Source: Auanema rhodensis
Taxonomy: Eukaryota; Animalia; Nematoda
Direction of reading: 5' to 3'
NCBI GenBank assembly: GCA_964057225.1
Contig: OZ059897.1
Coordinates: forward strand, 19,096,001-19,160,000
Length of the DNA: 64,000 nt
The notes beneath the pieces were generated by a model. It had not been told where the DNA came from, made no database searches, and saw nothing but the letters and a program-made list of their open reading frames with translations. Below are positions 12,637 to 28,600 of the stretch, piece after piece; the first letter of the stretch is position 1; every line of letters starts with the position of its first letter. A program made the position numbers and the translations under genes.

Positions 12637-14742
12637 GAGTTTCCATGTACACTCAACATTGCTTCCAAAAACATTTTGACAAAAATTTTTTCGAAAAATT
12701 TCAAAATAATTTAGCGAAAAGTAGATGTTTTTAGATTCCATTTTTCAAGGCAAAGACGATGGACAATGTTATTCAACGAAAAAATTAATTCTTCAGGGTG
12801 AAAATCGAGGATATAAGTGTGAACTTATATCAGTTGATATCTCGGTGCATTTTTAAGCTAGCGCAAATCTGATAACACAGATCGACGCAGCTTAAAAATC
12901 CGCATCGAATGCACTATACTACATTGAGAAACGCTTAATACAAAAATTAGTTATGATCGTTTGAAAAATGATGCATTAGTGTATGTTGAGTTTCCATGTA
13001 CACTCAACATTGCTTCCAAAAACATTTTGACAAAAATTTTTTCGAAAAATTTCAAAATAATTTAGCAAAAAGTAGATGTTTTAAGATTCCATTTTTCAAG
13101 GCAAAGACGATGGACAATGTTATTCAACGAAAAAATTAATTCTTCAGGGTGAAAATCGAGGATATAAGTGTGAACTTATATCAGTTGATATCTCGGTGCA
13201 TTTTTAAGCTAGCGCAAATCTGATAACACAGATCGACGCAGCTTAAAAATCCGCATCGAATGCACTATACTACATTGAGAAACGCTTAATAGAAAAATTA
13301 GTTATGATCGTTTGAAAAATGATGCATTAGTGTATGTTGAGTTTCCATGTACACTCAACATTGCTTCCAAAAACATTTTGACAAAAATTTTTTCGAAAAA
13401 TTTCAAAATAATTTAGCGAAAAGTAGATGTTTTTAGATTCCATTTTTCAAGGCAAAGACGATGGACAATGTTATTCAACGAAAAAATTAATTCTTCAGGG
13501 TGAAAATCGAGGATATAAGTGTGAACTTATATCAGTTGATATCTCGGTGCATTTTTAAGCTAGCGCAAATCTGATAACACAGATCGACGCAGCTTAAAAA
13601 TCCGCATCGAATGCACTATACTACATTGAGAAACGCTTAATACAAAAATTAGTTATGATCGTTTGAAAAATGATGCATTAGTGTATGTTGAGTTTCCATG
13701 TACACTCAACATTGCTTCCAAAAACATTTTGACAAAAATTTTTTCGAAAAATTTCAAAATAATTTAGCAAAAAGTAGATGTTTTAAGATTCCATTTTTCA
13801 AGGCAAAGACGATGGACAATGTTATTCAACGAAAAAATTAATTCTTCAGGGTGAAAATCGAGGATATAAGTGTGAACTTATATCAGTTGATATCTCGGTG
13901 CATTTTTAAGCTAGCGCAAATCTGATAACACAGATCGACGCAGCTTAAAAATCCGCATCGAATGCACTATACTACATTGAGAAACGCTTAATAGAAAAAT
14001 TAGTTATGATCGTTTGAAAAATGATGCATTAGTGTATGTTGAGTTTCCATGTACACTCAACATTGCTTCCAAAAACATTTTGACAAAAATTTTTTCGAAA
14101 AATTTCAAAATAATTTAGCGAAAAGTAGATGTTTTTAGATTCCATTTTTCAAGGCAAAGACGATGGACAATGTTATTCAACGAAAAAATTAATTCTTCAG
14201 GGTGAAAATCGAGGATATAAGTGTGAACTTATATCAGTTGATATCTCGGTGCATTTTTAAGCTAGCGCAAATCTGATAACACAGATCGACGCAGCTTAAA
14301 AATCCGCATCGAATGCACTATACTACATTGAGAAACGCTTAATACAAAAATTAGTTATGATCGTTTGAAAAATGATGCATTAGTGTATGTTGAGTTTCCA
14401 TGTACACTCAACATTGCTTCCAAAAACATTTTGACAAAAATTTTTTCGAAAAATTTCAAAATAATTTAGCAAAAAGTAGATGTTTTAAGATTCCATTTTT
14501 CAAGGCAAAGACGATGGACAATGTTATTCAACGAAAAAATTAATTCTTCAGGGTGAAAATCGAGGATATAAGTGTGAACTTATATCAGTTGATATCTCGG
14601 TGCATTTTTAAGCTAGCGCAAATCTGATAACACAGATCGACGCAGCTTAAAAATCCGCATCGAATGCACTATACTACATTGAGAAACGCTTAATAGAAAA
14701 ATTAGTTATGATCGTTTGAAAAATGATGCATTAGTGTATGTT
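12637..14742. repeat. Local 2-mer higher-order repeat x3 (702 bp)
   Basis: Strict alternation of a GCGAAAAG/TTTTTAG/TAATAC monomer with a GCAAAAAG/TTTTAAG/TAATAG monomer. Confidence 0.85.
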
Positions 14743-17537
14743 GAGTTTCCATGTACACTCAACATTGCTTCCAAAAACATTTTGACAAAAATTTTTTCGA
14801 AAAATTTCAAAATAATTTAGCGAAAAGTAGATGTTTTTAGATTCCATTTTTCAAGGCAAAGACGATGGACAATGTTATTCAACGAAAAAATTAATTCTTC
14901 AGGGTGAAAATCGAGGATATAAGTGTGAACTTATATCAGTTGATATCTCGGTGCATTTTTAAGCTAGCGCAAATCTGATAACACAGATCGACGCAGCTTA
15001 AAAATCCGCATCGAATGCACTATACTACATTGAAAAACGCTTGATACAAAAATTAGTTATGATCGTTTGAAAAATGATGCATTAGTGTATGTTGAGTTTC
15101 CATGTACACTCAACATTGCTTCCAAAAACATTTTGACAAAAATTTTTTCGAAAATTTCAAAATAATTTAGCGAAAAGTAGATGTTTTTAGATTCCATTTT
15201 TCAAGGCAAAGACGATGGACAATGTTATTCAACGAAAAAATTAATTCTTCAGGGTGAAAATCGAGGATATAAGTGTGAACTTATATCAGTTGATATCTCG
15301 GTGCATTTTTAAGCTAGCGCAAATCTGATAACACAGATCGACGCAGCTTAAAAATCCGCATCGAATGCACTATACTACATTGAGAAACGCTTAATACAAA
15401 AATTAGTTATGATCGTTTGAAAAATGATGCATTAGTGTATGTTGAGTTTCCATGTACACTCAACATTGCTTCCAAAAACATTTTGACAAAAATTTTTTCG
15501 AAAATTTCAAAATAATTTAGCGAAAAGTAGATGTTTTTAGATTCCATTTTTCAAGGCAAAGACGATGGACAATGTTATTCAACGAAAAAATTAATTCTTT
15601 AGGGTGAAAGTCGAGGATATAAGTGTGAACTTATATCAGTTGATATCTCGGTGCATTTTTAAGCTAGCGCAAATCTGATAACACAGATCGACGCAGCTTA
15701 AAAATCCGCATCGAATGCACTATACTACATTGAGAAACGCTTAATACAAAAATTAGTTATGATCGTTTGAAAAATGATGCATTAGTGTATGTTGAGTTTC
15801 CATGTACACTCAACATTGCTTCCAAAAACATTTTGACAAAAATTTTTTCGAAAAATTTCAAAATAATTTAGCGAAAAGTAGATGTTTTTAGATTCCATTT
15901 TTCAAGGCAAAGACGATGGACAATGTTATTCAACGAAAAAATTAATTCTTCAGGGTGAAAATCGAGGATATAAGTGTGAACTTATATCAGTTGATATCTC
16001 GGTGCATTTATAAGCTAGCGCAAATCTGATAACACAGATCGACGCAGCTTAAAAATCCGCATCGAATGCACTATACTACATTGAAAAACGCTTGATACAA
16101 AAATTAGTTATGATCGTTTGAAAAATGATGCATTAGTGTATGTTGAGTTTCCATGTACACTCAACATTGCTTCCAAAAACATTTTGACAAAAATTTTTTC
16201 GAAAAATTTCAAAATAATTTAGCAAAAAGTAGATGTTTTAAGATTCCATTTTTCAAGGCAAAGACGATGGACAATGTTATTCAACGAAAAAATTATTTCT
16301 TCAGGGTGAAAATCGAGGATATAAGTGTGAACTTATATCAGTTGATATCTCGGTGCATTTTTAAGCTAGCGCAAATCTGATAACACAGATCGACGCAGCT
16401 TAAAAATCCGCATCGAATGCACTATACTACATTGAAAAACGCTTGATACAAAAATTAGTTATGATCGTTTGAAAAATGATGCATTAGTGTATGTTGAGTT
16501 TCCATGTACACTCAACATTGCTTCCAAAAACATTTTGACAAAAATTTTTTCGAAAAATTTCAAAATAATTTAGCAAAAAGTAGATGTTTTTAGATTCCAT
16601 TTCTCAAGGCAAAGACGATAGACAATGTTATTCAACGAAAAAATTAATTCTTCAGGGTGAAAATCGAGGATATAAGTGTGAACTTATATCAGTTGATATC
16701 TCGGTGCATTTTTAAGCTAGCGCAAATCTGATAACACAGATCGACGCAGCTTAAAAATCCGCATCGAATGCACTATACTACATTGAGAAACGCTTAATAC
16801 AAAAATTAGTTATGATCGTTTGAAAAATGATGCATTAGTGTATGTTGAGTTTCCATGTACACTCAACATTGCTTCCAAAAACATTTTGACAAAAATTTTT
16901 TCGAAAAATTTCAAAATAATTTAGCAAAAAGTAGATGTTTTTAGATTCCTTTTTTCAAGGCAAAGACGATGGACAATGTTATTCAACGAAAAAATTATTT
17001 CTTCAGGGTGAAAATCGAGGATATAAGTGTGAACTTATATCAGTTGATATCTCGGTGCATTTTTAAGCTAGCGCAAATCTGATAACACAGATCGACGCAG
17101 CTTAAAAATCCGCATCGAATGCACTATACTACATTAAAAAACGCTTGATACAAAAATTAGTTATGATCGTTTGAAAAATGATGCATTAGTGTATGTTGAG
17201 TTTCCATGTACACTCAACATTGCTTCCAAAAACATTTTGACAAAAATTTTTTCGAAAAATTTCAAAATAATTTAGCGAAAAGTAGATGTTTTTAGATTCC
17301 ATTTTTCAAGGCAAAGACGATGGACAATGTTATTCAACGAAAAAATTAATTCTTCAGGGTGAAAATCGAGGATATAAGTGTGAACTTATATCAGTTGATA
17401 TCTCGGTGCATTTTTAAGCTAGCGCAAATCTGATAACACAGATCGACGCAGCTTAAAAATCCGCATCGAATGCACTATACTACATTGAGAAACGCTTAAT
17501 ACAAAAATTAGTTATGATCGTTTGAAAAATGATGCAT

Positions 17538-18595
17538 GTGTATGTTGAGTTTCCATGTACACTCAACATTGCTTCCAAAAACATTTTGACAAAAATTTTT
17601 TCGAAAAATTTCAAAATAATTTAGCAAAAAGTAGATGTTTTAAGATTCCATTTTTCAAGACAAAGACGATGGACAATGTTATTCAACGAAAAAATTAATT
17701 CTTCAGGGTGAAAATCGAGGATATATGTGTGAACTTATATCAGTTGATATCTCGGTGCATTTTTAAGCTAGCGCAAATCTGATAACACAGATCGACGCAG
17801 CTTAAAAATCCGCATCGAATGCACTATACTACATTGAGAAACGCTTAATACAAAAATTAGTTATGATCGTTTGAAAAATGATGCATGTGTATGTTGAGTT
17901 TCCATGTACACTCAACATTGCTTCCAAAAACATTTTGACAAAAATTTTTTCGAAAAATTTCAAAATAATTTAGCAAAAAGTAGATGTTTTAAGATTCCAT
18001 TTTTCAAGACAAAGACGATGGACAATGTTATTCAACGAAAAAATTAATTCTTCAGGGTGAAAATCGAGGATATATGTGTGAACTTATATCAGTTGATATC
18101 TCGGTGCATTTTTAAGCTAGCGCAAATCTGATAACACAGATCGACGCAGCTTAAAAATCCGCATCGAATGCACTATACTACATTGAGAAACGCTTAATAC
18201 AAAAATTAGTTATGATCGTTTGAAAAATGATGCATGTGTATGTTGAGTTTCCATGTACACTCAACATTGCTTCCAAAAACATTTTGACAAAAATTTTTTC
18301 GAAAAATTTCAAAATAATTTAGCAAAAAGTAGATGTTTTAAGATTCCATTTTTCAAGACAAAGACGATGGACAATGTTATTCAACGAAAAAATTAATTCT
18401 TCAGGGTGAAAATCGAGGATATATGTGTGAACTTATATCAGTTGATATCTCGGTGCATTTTTAAGCTAGCGCAAATCTGATAACACAGATCGACGCAGCT
18501 TAAAAATCCGCATCGAATGCACTATACTACATTGAGAAACGCTTAATACAAAAATTAGTTATGATCGTTTGAAAAATGATGCATTAGTGTATGTT
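17538..18595. repeat. Triplicated 349-bp variant unit
   Basis: A 2-bp deletion (GCATTAGTGT to GCATGTGT) at ~17537, ~17886 and ~18235, each followed by the CAAGAC and GATATATGTG variants. Confidence 0.88.
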
Positions 18596-21500
18596 GAGTT
18601 TCCATGTACACTCAACATTGCTTCCAAAAACATTTTGACAAAAATTTTTTCGAAAAATTTCAAAATAATTTAGCGAAAAGTAGATGTTTTTAGATTCCAT
18701 TTTTCAAGGCAAAGACGATGGACAATGTTATTCAACGAAAAAATTAATTCTTCAGGGTGAAAATCGAGGATATAAGTGTGAACTTATATCAGTTGATATC
18801 TCGGTGCATTTATAAGCTAGCGCAAATCTGATAACACAGATCGACGCAGCTTAAAAATCCGCATCGAATGCACTATACTACATTGAAAAACGCTTGATAC
18901 AAAAATTAGTTATGATCGTTTGAAAAATGATGCATTAGTGTATGTTGAGTTTCCATGTACACTCAACATTGCTTCCAAAAACATTTTGACAAAAATTTTT
19001 TCGAAAAATTTCAAAATAATTTAGCAAAAAGTAGATGTTTTAAGATTCCATTTTTCAAGGCAAAGACGATGGACAATGTTATTCAACGAAAAAATTATTT
19101 CTTCAGGGTGAAAATCGAGGATATAAGTGTGAACTTATATCAGTTGATATCTCGGTGCATTTTTAAGCTAGCGCAAATCTGATAACACAGATCGACGCAG
19201 CTTAAAAATCCGCATCGAATGCACTATACTACATTGAAAAACGCTTGATACAAAAATTAGTTATGATCGTTTGAAAAATGATGCATTAGTGTATGTTGAG
19301 TTTCCATGTACACTCAACATTGCTTCCAAAAACATTTTGACAAAAATTTTTTCGAAAAATTTCAAAATAATTTAGCAAAAAGTAGATGTTTTTAGATTCC
19401 ATTTCTCAAGGCAAAGACGATAGACAATGTTATTCAACGAAAAAATTAATTCTTCAGGGTGAAAATCGAGGATATAAGTGTGAACTTATATCAGTTGATA
19501 TCTCGGTGCATTTTTAAGCTAGCGCAAATCTGATGACACAGATCGACGCAGCTTAAAAATCCGCATCGAATGCACTATACTACATTGAGAAACGCTTAAT
19601 ACAAAAATTAGTTATGATCGTTTGAAAAATGATGCATTAGTGTATGTTGAGTTTCCATGTACACTCAACATTGCTTCCAAAAACATTTTGACAAAAATTT
19701 TTTCGAAAAATTTCAAAATAATTTAGCAAAAAGTAGATGTTTTTAGATTCCTTTTTTCAAGGCAAAGACGATGGACAATGTTATTCAACGAAAAAATTAT
19801 TTCTTCAGGGTGAAAATCGAGGATATAAGTGTGAACTTATATCAGTTGATATCTCGGTGCATTTTTAAGCTAGCGCAAATCTGATAACACAGATCGACGC
19901 AGCTTAAAAATCCGCATCGAATGCACTATACTACATTGAAAAACGCTTGATACAAAAATTAGTTATGATCGTTTGAAAAATGATGCATTAGTGTATGTTG
20001 AGTTTCCATGTACACTCAACATTGCTTCCAAAAACATTTTGACAAAAATTTTTTCGAAAAATTTCAAAATAATTTAGCAAAAAGTAGATGTTTTAAGATT
20101 CCATTTTTCAAGACAAAGACGATGGACAATGTTATTCAACGAAAAAATTAATTCTTCAGGGTGAAAATCGAGGATATATGTGTGAACTTATATCAGTTGA
20201 TATCTCGGTGCATTTTTAAGCTAGCGCAAATCTGATAACACAGATCGACGCAGCTTAAAAATCCGCATCGAATGCACTATACTACATTGAGAAACGCTTA
20301 ATACAAAAATTAGTTATGATCGTTTGAAAAATGATGCATTAGTGTATGTTGAGTTTCCATGTACACTCAACATTGCTTCCAAAAACATTTTGACAAAAAT
20401 TTTTTCGAAAAATTTCAAAATAATTTAGCGAAAAGTAGATGTTTTTAGATTCCATTTTTCAAGGCAAAGACGATGGACAATGTTATTCAACGAAAAAATT
20501 AATTCTTCAGGGTGAAAATCGAGGATATAAGTGTGAACTTATATCAGTTGATATCTCGGTGCATTTATAAGCTAGCGCAAATCTGATAACACAGATCGAC
20601 GCAGCTTAAAAATCCGCATCGAATGCACTATACTACATTGAAAAACGCTTGATACAAAAATTAGTTATGATCGTTTGAAAAATGATGCATTAGTGTATGT
20701 TGAGTTTCCATGTACACTCAACATTGCTTCCAAAAACATTTTGACAAAAATTTTTTCGAAAAATTTCAAAATAATTTAGCAAAAAGTAGATGTTTTAAGA
20801 TTCCATTTTTCAAGGCAAAGACGATGGACAATGTTATTCAACGAAAAAATTATTTCTTCAGGGTGAAAATCGAGGATATAAGTGTGAACTTATATCAGTT
20901 GATATCTCGGTGCATTTTTAAGCTAGCGCAAATCTGATAACACAGATCGACGCAGCTTAAAAATCCGCATCGAATGCACTATACTACATTGAAAAACGCT
21001 TGATACAAAAATTAGTTATGATCGTTTGAAAAATGATGCATTAGTGTATGTTGAGTTTCCATGTACACTCAACATTGCTTCCAAAAACATTTTGACAAAA
21101 ATTTTTTCGAAAAATTTCAAAATAATTTAGCAAAAAGTAGATGTTTTAAGATTCCATTTTTCAAGACAAAGACGATGGACAATGTTATTCAACGAAAAAA
21201 TTAATTCTTCAGGGTGAAAATCGAGGATATATGTGTGAACTTATATCAGTTGATATCTCGGTGCATTTTTAAGCTAGCGCAAATCTGATAACACAGATCG
21301 ACGCAGCTTAAAAATCCGCATCGAATGCACTATACTACATTGAGAAACGCTTAATACAAAAATTAGTTATGATCGTTTGAAAAATGATGCATTAGTGTAT
21401 GTTGAGTTTCCATGTACACTCAACATTGCTTCCAAAAACATTTTGACAAAAATTTTTTCGAAAAATTTCAAAATAATTTAGCAAAAAGTAGATGTTTTAA

Positions 21501-24500
21501 GATTCCATTTTTCAAGGCAAAGACGATGGACAATGTTATTCAACGAAAAAATTAATTCTTCAGGGTGAAAATCGAGGATATAAGTGTGAACTTATATCAG
21601 TTGATATCTCGGTGCATTTTTAAGCTAGCGCAAATCTGATAACACAGATCGACGCAGCTTAAAAATCCGCATCGAATGCACTATACTACATTGAAAAACG
21701 CTTAATACAAAAATTAGTTATGATCGTTTGAAAAATGATGCATTAGTGTATGTTGAGTTTCCATGTACACTCAACATTGCTTCCAAAAACATTTTGACAA
21801 AAATTTTTTCGAAAAATTTCAAAATAATTTAGCAATAAGTAGATGTTTTTAGATTCCATTTTTCAAGGCAAAGACGATGGACAATGTTATTCAACGAAAA
21901 AATTAATTCTTCAGGGTGAAAATCGAGGATATAAGTGTGAACTTATATCAGTTGATATCTCGGTGCATTTTCAAGCTAGCGCAAATCTGATAACACAGAT
22001 CGACGCAGCTTAAAAATCCGCATCGAATGCACTATACTACATTGAGAAACGCTTAATACAAAAATTAGTTATGATCGTTTGAAAAATGATGCATTAGTGT
22101 ATGTTGAGTTTCCATGTACACTCAACATTGCTTCCAAAAACATTTTGACAAAAATTTTTTCGAAAAATTTCAAAATAATTTAGCAATAAGTAGATGTTTT
22201 TAGATTCCATTTTTCAAGGCAAAGACGATGGACAATGTTATTCAACGAAAAAATTAATTCTTCAGGGTGAAAATCGAGGATATAAGTGTGAACTTATATC
22301 AGTTGATATCTCGGTGCATTTTCAAGCTAGCGCAAATCTGATAACACAGATCGACGCAGCTTAAAAATCCGCATCGAATGCACTATACTACATTGAGAAA
22401 CGCTTAATACAAAAATTAGTTATGATCGTTTGAAAAATGATGCATTAGTGTATGTTGAGTTTCCATGTACACTCAACATTGCTTCCAAAAACATTTTGAC
22501 AAAAATTTTTTCGAAAAATTTCAAAATAATTTAGCAAAAAGTAGATGTTTTAAGATTCCATTTTTCAAGGCAAAGACGATGGACAATGTTATTCAACGAA
22601 AAAATTAATTCTTCAGGGTGAAAATCGAGGATATAAGTGTGAACTTATATCAGTTGATATCTCGGTGCATTTTTAAGCTAGCGCAAATCTGATAACACAG
22701 ATCGACGCAGCTTAAAAATCCGCATCGAATGCACTATACTACATTGAGAAACACTTGATACAAAAATTAGTTATGATCGTTTGAAAAATGATGCATTAGT
22801 GTATGTTGAGTTTCCATCTACACTCAACATTGCTTCCAAAAACATTTTGACAAAAATTTTTTCGAAAAATTTCAAAAGAATTTAGCAAAAAGTAGATGTT
22901 TTTAGATTCCATTTTTCAAGGCAAAGACGATAGACAATGTTATTCAACGAAAAAATTAATTCTTTAGGGTGAAAATCGAGGATATAAGTGTGAACTTATA
23001 TCAGTTGATATCTCGGTGCATTTTTAAGCTAGCGCAAATCTGATCACACAGATCGACGCAGCTTAAAAATCCGCATCGAATGCACTATACTACATTGAGA
23101 AACGCTTAATACACAAATTAGTTATGATCGTTTGAAAAATGATGCATTAGTGTATGTTGAGTTTCCATGTACACTCAACATTGCTTCCAAAAACATTTTG
23201 ACAAAAATTTTTTCGAAAAATTTCAAAATAATTTAGCAAAAAGTAGATGTTTTTAGATTCCATTCCTCAAGGCAAAGACGATAGACAATGTTATTCAACG
23301 AAAAAATTAATTCTTCAGGGTGAAAATCGAGGATATAAGTGTGAACTTATATCAGTTGATATCTCGGTGCATTTTTAAGCTAGCGCAAATCTGATGACAC
23401 AGATCGACGCAGCTTAAAAATCCGCATCGAATGCACTATACTACATTGAGAAACGCTTAATACAAAAATTAGTTATGATCGTTTGAAAAATGATGCATTA
23501 GTGTATGTTGAGTTTCCATGTACACTCAACATTGCTTCCAAAAACATTTTGACAAAAATTTTTTCGAAAAATTTCAAAATAATTTAGCAAAAAGTAGATG
23601 TTTTTAGATTCCTTTTTTCAAGGCAAAGACGATGGACAATGTTATTCAACGAAAAAATTATTTCTTCAGGGTGAAAATCGAGGATATAAGTGTGAACTTA
23701 TATCAGTTGATATCTCGGTGCATTTTTAAGCTAGCGCAAATCTGATAACACAGATCGACGCAGCTTAAAAATCCGCATCGAATGCACTATACTACATTGA
23801 AAAACGCTTGATACAAAAATTAGTTATGATCGTTTGAAAAATGATGCATTAGTGTATGTTGAGTTTCCATGTACACTCAACATTGCTTCCAAAAACATTT
23901 TGACAAAAATTTTTTCGAAAAATTTCAAAATAATTTAGCAAAAAGTAGATGTTTTAAGATTCCATTTTTCAAGGCAAAGACGATGGACAATGTTATTCAA
24001 CGAAAAAATTAATTCTTCAGGGTGAAAATCGAGGATATAAGTGTGAACTTATATCAGTTGATATCTCGGTGCATTTTTAAGCTAGCGCAAATCTGATAAC
24101 ACAGATCGACGCAGCTTAAAAATCCGCATCGAATGCACTATACTACATTGAAAAACGCTTGATACAAAAATTAGTTATGATCGTTTGAAAAATGATGCAT
24201 TAGTGTATGTTGAGTTTCCATGTACACTCAACATTGCTTCCAAAAACATTTTGACAAAAATTTTTTCGAAAAATTTCAAAATAATTTAGCAAAAAGTAGA
24301 TGTTTTAAGATTCCATTTTTCAAGACAAAGACGATGGACAATGTTATTCAACGAAAAAATTAATTCTTCAGGGTGAAAATCGAGGATATATGTGTGAACT
24401 TATATCAGTTGATATCTCGGTGCATTTTTAAGCTAGCGCAAATCTGATAACACAGATCGACGCAGCTTAAAAATCCGCATCGAATGCACTATACTACATT

Positions 24501-25615
24501 GAGAAACGCTTAATACAAAAATTAGTTATGATCGTTTGAAAAATGATGCATTAGTGTATGTTGAGTTTCCATGTACACTCAACATTGCTTCCAAAAACAT
24601 TTTGACAAAAATTTTTTCGAAAAATTTCAAAATAATTTAGCAAAAAGTAGATGTTTTAAGATTCCATTTTTCAAGGCAAAGACGATGGACAATGTTATTC
24701 AACGAAAAAATTAATTCTTCAGGGTGAAAATCGAGGATATAAGTGTGAACTTATATCAGTTGATATCTCGGTGCATTTTTAAGCTAGCGCAAATCTGATA
24801 ACACAGATCGACGCAGCTTAAAAATCCGCATCGAATGCACTATACTACATTGAAAAACGCTTGATACAAAAATTAGTTATGATCGTTTGAAAAATGATGC
24901 ATTAGTGTATGTTGAGTTTCCATGTACACTCAACATTGCTTCCAAAAACATTTTGACAAAAATTTTTTCGAAAAATTTCAAAATAATTTAGCAATAAGTA
25001 GATGTTTTTAGATTCCATTTTTCAAGGCAAAGACGATGGACAATGTTATTCAACGAAAAAATTAATTCTTCAGGGTGAAAATCGAGGATATAAGTGTGAA
25101 CTTATATCAGTTGATATCTCAGTGCATTTTTAAGCTAGCGCAAATCTGATAACACAGATCGACGCAGCTTAAAAATCCGCATCGAATGCACTATACTACA
25201 TTGAGAAACGCTTAATACAAAAATTAGTTATGATCGTTTGAAAAATGATGCATTAGTGTATGTTGAGTTTCCATGTACACTCAACATTGCTTCCAAAAAC
25301 ATTTTGACAAAAATTTTTTCGAAAAATTTCAAAATAATTTAGCAAAAAGTAGATGTTTTAAGATTCCATTTTTCAAGGCAAAGACGATGGACAATGTTAT
25401 TCAACGAAAAAATTAATTCTTCAGGGTGAAAATCGAGGATATAAGTGTGAACTTATATCAGTTGATATCTCGGTGCATTTTTAAGCTAGCGCAAATCTGA
25501 TAACACAGATCGACGCAGCTTAAAAATCCGCATCGAATGCACTATACTACATTGAAAAACGCTTGATACAAAAATTAGTTATGATCGTTTGAAAAATGAT
25601 GCATTAGTGTATGTT

Positions 25616-28600
25616 GAGTTTCCATGTACACTCAACATTGCTTCCAAAAACATTTTGACAAAAATTTTTTCGAAAAATTTCAAAATAATTTAGCAATAAG
25701 TAGATGTTTTTAGATTCCATTTTTCAAGGCAAAGACGATGGACAATGTTATTCAACGAAAAAATTAATTCTTCAGGGTGAAAATCGAGGATATAAGTGTG
25801 AACTTATATCAGTTGATATCTCGGTGCATTTTCAAGCTAGCGCAAATCTGATAACACAGATCGACGCAGCTTAAAAATCCGCATCGAATGCACTATACTA
25901 CATTGAGAAACGCTTAATACAAAAATTAGTTATGATCGTTTGAAAAATGATGCATTAGTGTATGTTGAGTTTCCATGTACACTCAACATTGCTTCCAAAA
26001 ACATTTTGACAAAAATTTTTTCGAAAAATTTCAAAATAATTTAGCAAAAAGTAGATGTTTTAAGATTCCATTTTTCAAGGCAAAGACGATGGACAATGTT
26101 ATTCAACGAAAAAATTAATTCTTCAGGGTGAAAATCGAGGATATAAGTGTGAACTTATATCAGTTGATATCTCGGTGCATTTTTAAGCTAGCGCAAATCT
26201 GATAACACAGATCGACGCAGCTTAAAAATCCGCATCGAATGCACTATACTACATTGAGAAACACTTGATACAAAAATTAGTTATGATCGTTTGAAAAATG
26301 ATGCATTAGTGTATGTTGAGTTTCCATCTACACTCAACATTGCTTCCAAAAACATTTTGACAAAAATTTTTTCGAAAAATTTCAAAAGAATTTAGCAAAA
26401 AGTAGATGTTTTTAGATTCCATTTTTCAAGGCAAAGACGATAGACAATGTTATTCAACGAAAAAATTAATTCTTTAGGGTGAAAATCGAGGATATAAGTG
26501 TGAACTTATATCAGTTGATATCTCGGTGCATTTTTAAGCTAGCGCAAATCTGATCACACAGATCGACGCAGCTTAAAAATCCGCATCGAATGCACTATAC
26601 TACATTGAGAAACGCTTAATACACAAATTAGTTTAGATCGTTTGAAAAATGATGCATTAGTGTATGTTGAGTTTCCATGTACACTCAACATTGCTTCCAA
26701 AAACATTTTGACAAAAATTTTTTTGAAAAATTTCAAGATAATTTAGCAAAAAGTAGATGTTTTTAGATTCCTTTTTTTAAGGCAAAGACGATGGACAATG
26801 TTATTCAACGAAAAAATTAATTCTTCAGGGTGAAAATCGAGGATATAAGTGTGAACTTATATCAGTTGATATCTCGGTGCATTTTTAAGCTAGCGCAAAT
26901 CTGATCACACAGATCGACGCAGCTTAAAAATCCGCATCGAATGCACTATACTACATTGAGAAACGCTTAATACACAAATTAGTTTAGATCGTTTGAAAAA
27001 TGATGCATTAGTGTATGTTGAGTTTCCATGTACACTCAACATTGCTTCCAAAAACATTTTGACAAAAATTTTTTTGAAAAATTTCAAGATAATTTAGCAA
27101 AAAGTAGATGTTTTTAGATTCCTTTTTTTAAGGCAAAGACGATGGACAATGTTATTCAACGAAAAAATTAATTCTTCAGGGTGAAAATCGAGGATATAAG
27201 TGTAAACTTATATCAGTTGATATCTCGGTGCATTTTTAAGCTAGCGCAAATCTGATAACACAGATCGACGCAGCTTAAAAATCCGCATCGAATGCACTAT
27301 ACTACATTGAGAAACACTTGATACAAAAATTAGTTATGATCGTTTGAAAAATGATGCATTAGTGTATGTTGAGTTTCCATGTACACTCAACATTGCTTCC
27401 AAAAACATTTTGACAAAAATTTTTTCGAAAAATTTCAAAATAATTTAGCAAAAAGTAGATGTTTTTAGATTCCTTTTTTCAAGGCAAAGACGATGGACAA
27501 TGTTATTCAACGAAAAAATTATTTCTTCAGGGTGAAAATCGAGGATATAAGTGTGAACTTATATCAGTTGATATCTCGGTGCATTTTTAAACTAGCGCAA
27601 ATCTGATAACACAGATCGACGCAGCTTAAAAATCCGCATCGAATGCACTATACTACATTGAAAAACGCTTGATACAAAAATTAGTTATGATCGTTTGAAA
27701 AATGATGCATTAGTGTATGTTGAGTTTCCATGTACACTCAACATTGCTTCCAAAAACATTTTGACAAAAATTTTTTCGAAAAATTTCAAAATAATTTAGC
27801 AAAAAGTAGATGTTTTAAGATTCCATTTTTCAAGGCAAAGACGATGGACAATGTTATTCAACGAAAAAATTATTTCTTCAGGGTGAAAATCGAGGATATA
27901 AGTGTGAACTTATATCAGTTGATATCTCGGTGCATTTTTAAGCTAGCGCAAATCTGATAACACAGATCGACGCAGCTTAAAAATCCGCATCGAATGCACT
28001 ATACTACATTGAAAAACGCTTGATACAAAAATTAGTTATGATCGTTTGAAAAATGATGCATTAGTGTATGTTGAGTTTCCATGTACACTCAACATTGCTT
28101 CCAAAAACATTTTGACAAAAATTTTTTCGAAAAATTTCAAAATAATTTAGCAATAAGTAGATGTTTTTAGATTCCATTTTTCAAGGCAAAGACGATGGAC
28201 AATGTTATTCAACGAAAAAATTAATTCTTCAGGGTGAAAATCGAGGATATAAGTGTGAACTTATATCAGTTGATATCTCGGTGCATTTTCAAGCTAGCGC
28301 AAATCTGATAACACAGATCGACGCAGCTTAAAAATCCGCATCGAATGCACTATACTACATTGAGAAACGCTTAATACAAAAATTAGTTATGATCGTTTGA
28401 AAAATGATGCATTAGTGTATGTTGAGTTTCCATGTACACTCAACATTGCTTCCAAAAACATTTTGACAAAAATTTTTTCGAAAAATTTCAAAATAATTTA
28501 GCAAAAAGTAGATGTTTTAAAATTCCATTTTTCAAGGCAAAGACGATGGACAATGTTATTCAACGAAAAAATTAATTCTTCAGGGTGAAAATCGAGGATA

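Noticed and set aside
26554-26736. Minus-strand 60-aa ORF (3 copies)
   Set aside because: It arises from private SNPs in one monomer lineage and has no coding signal.
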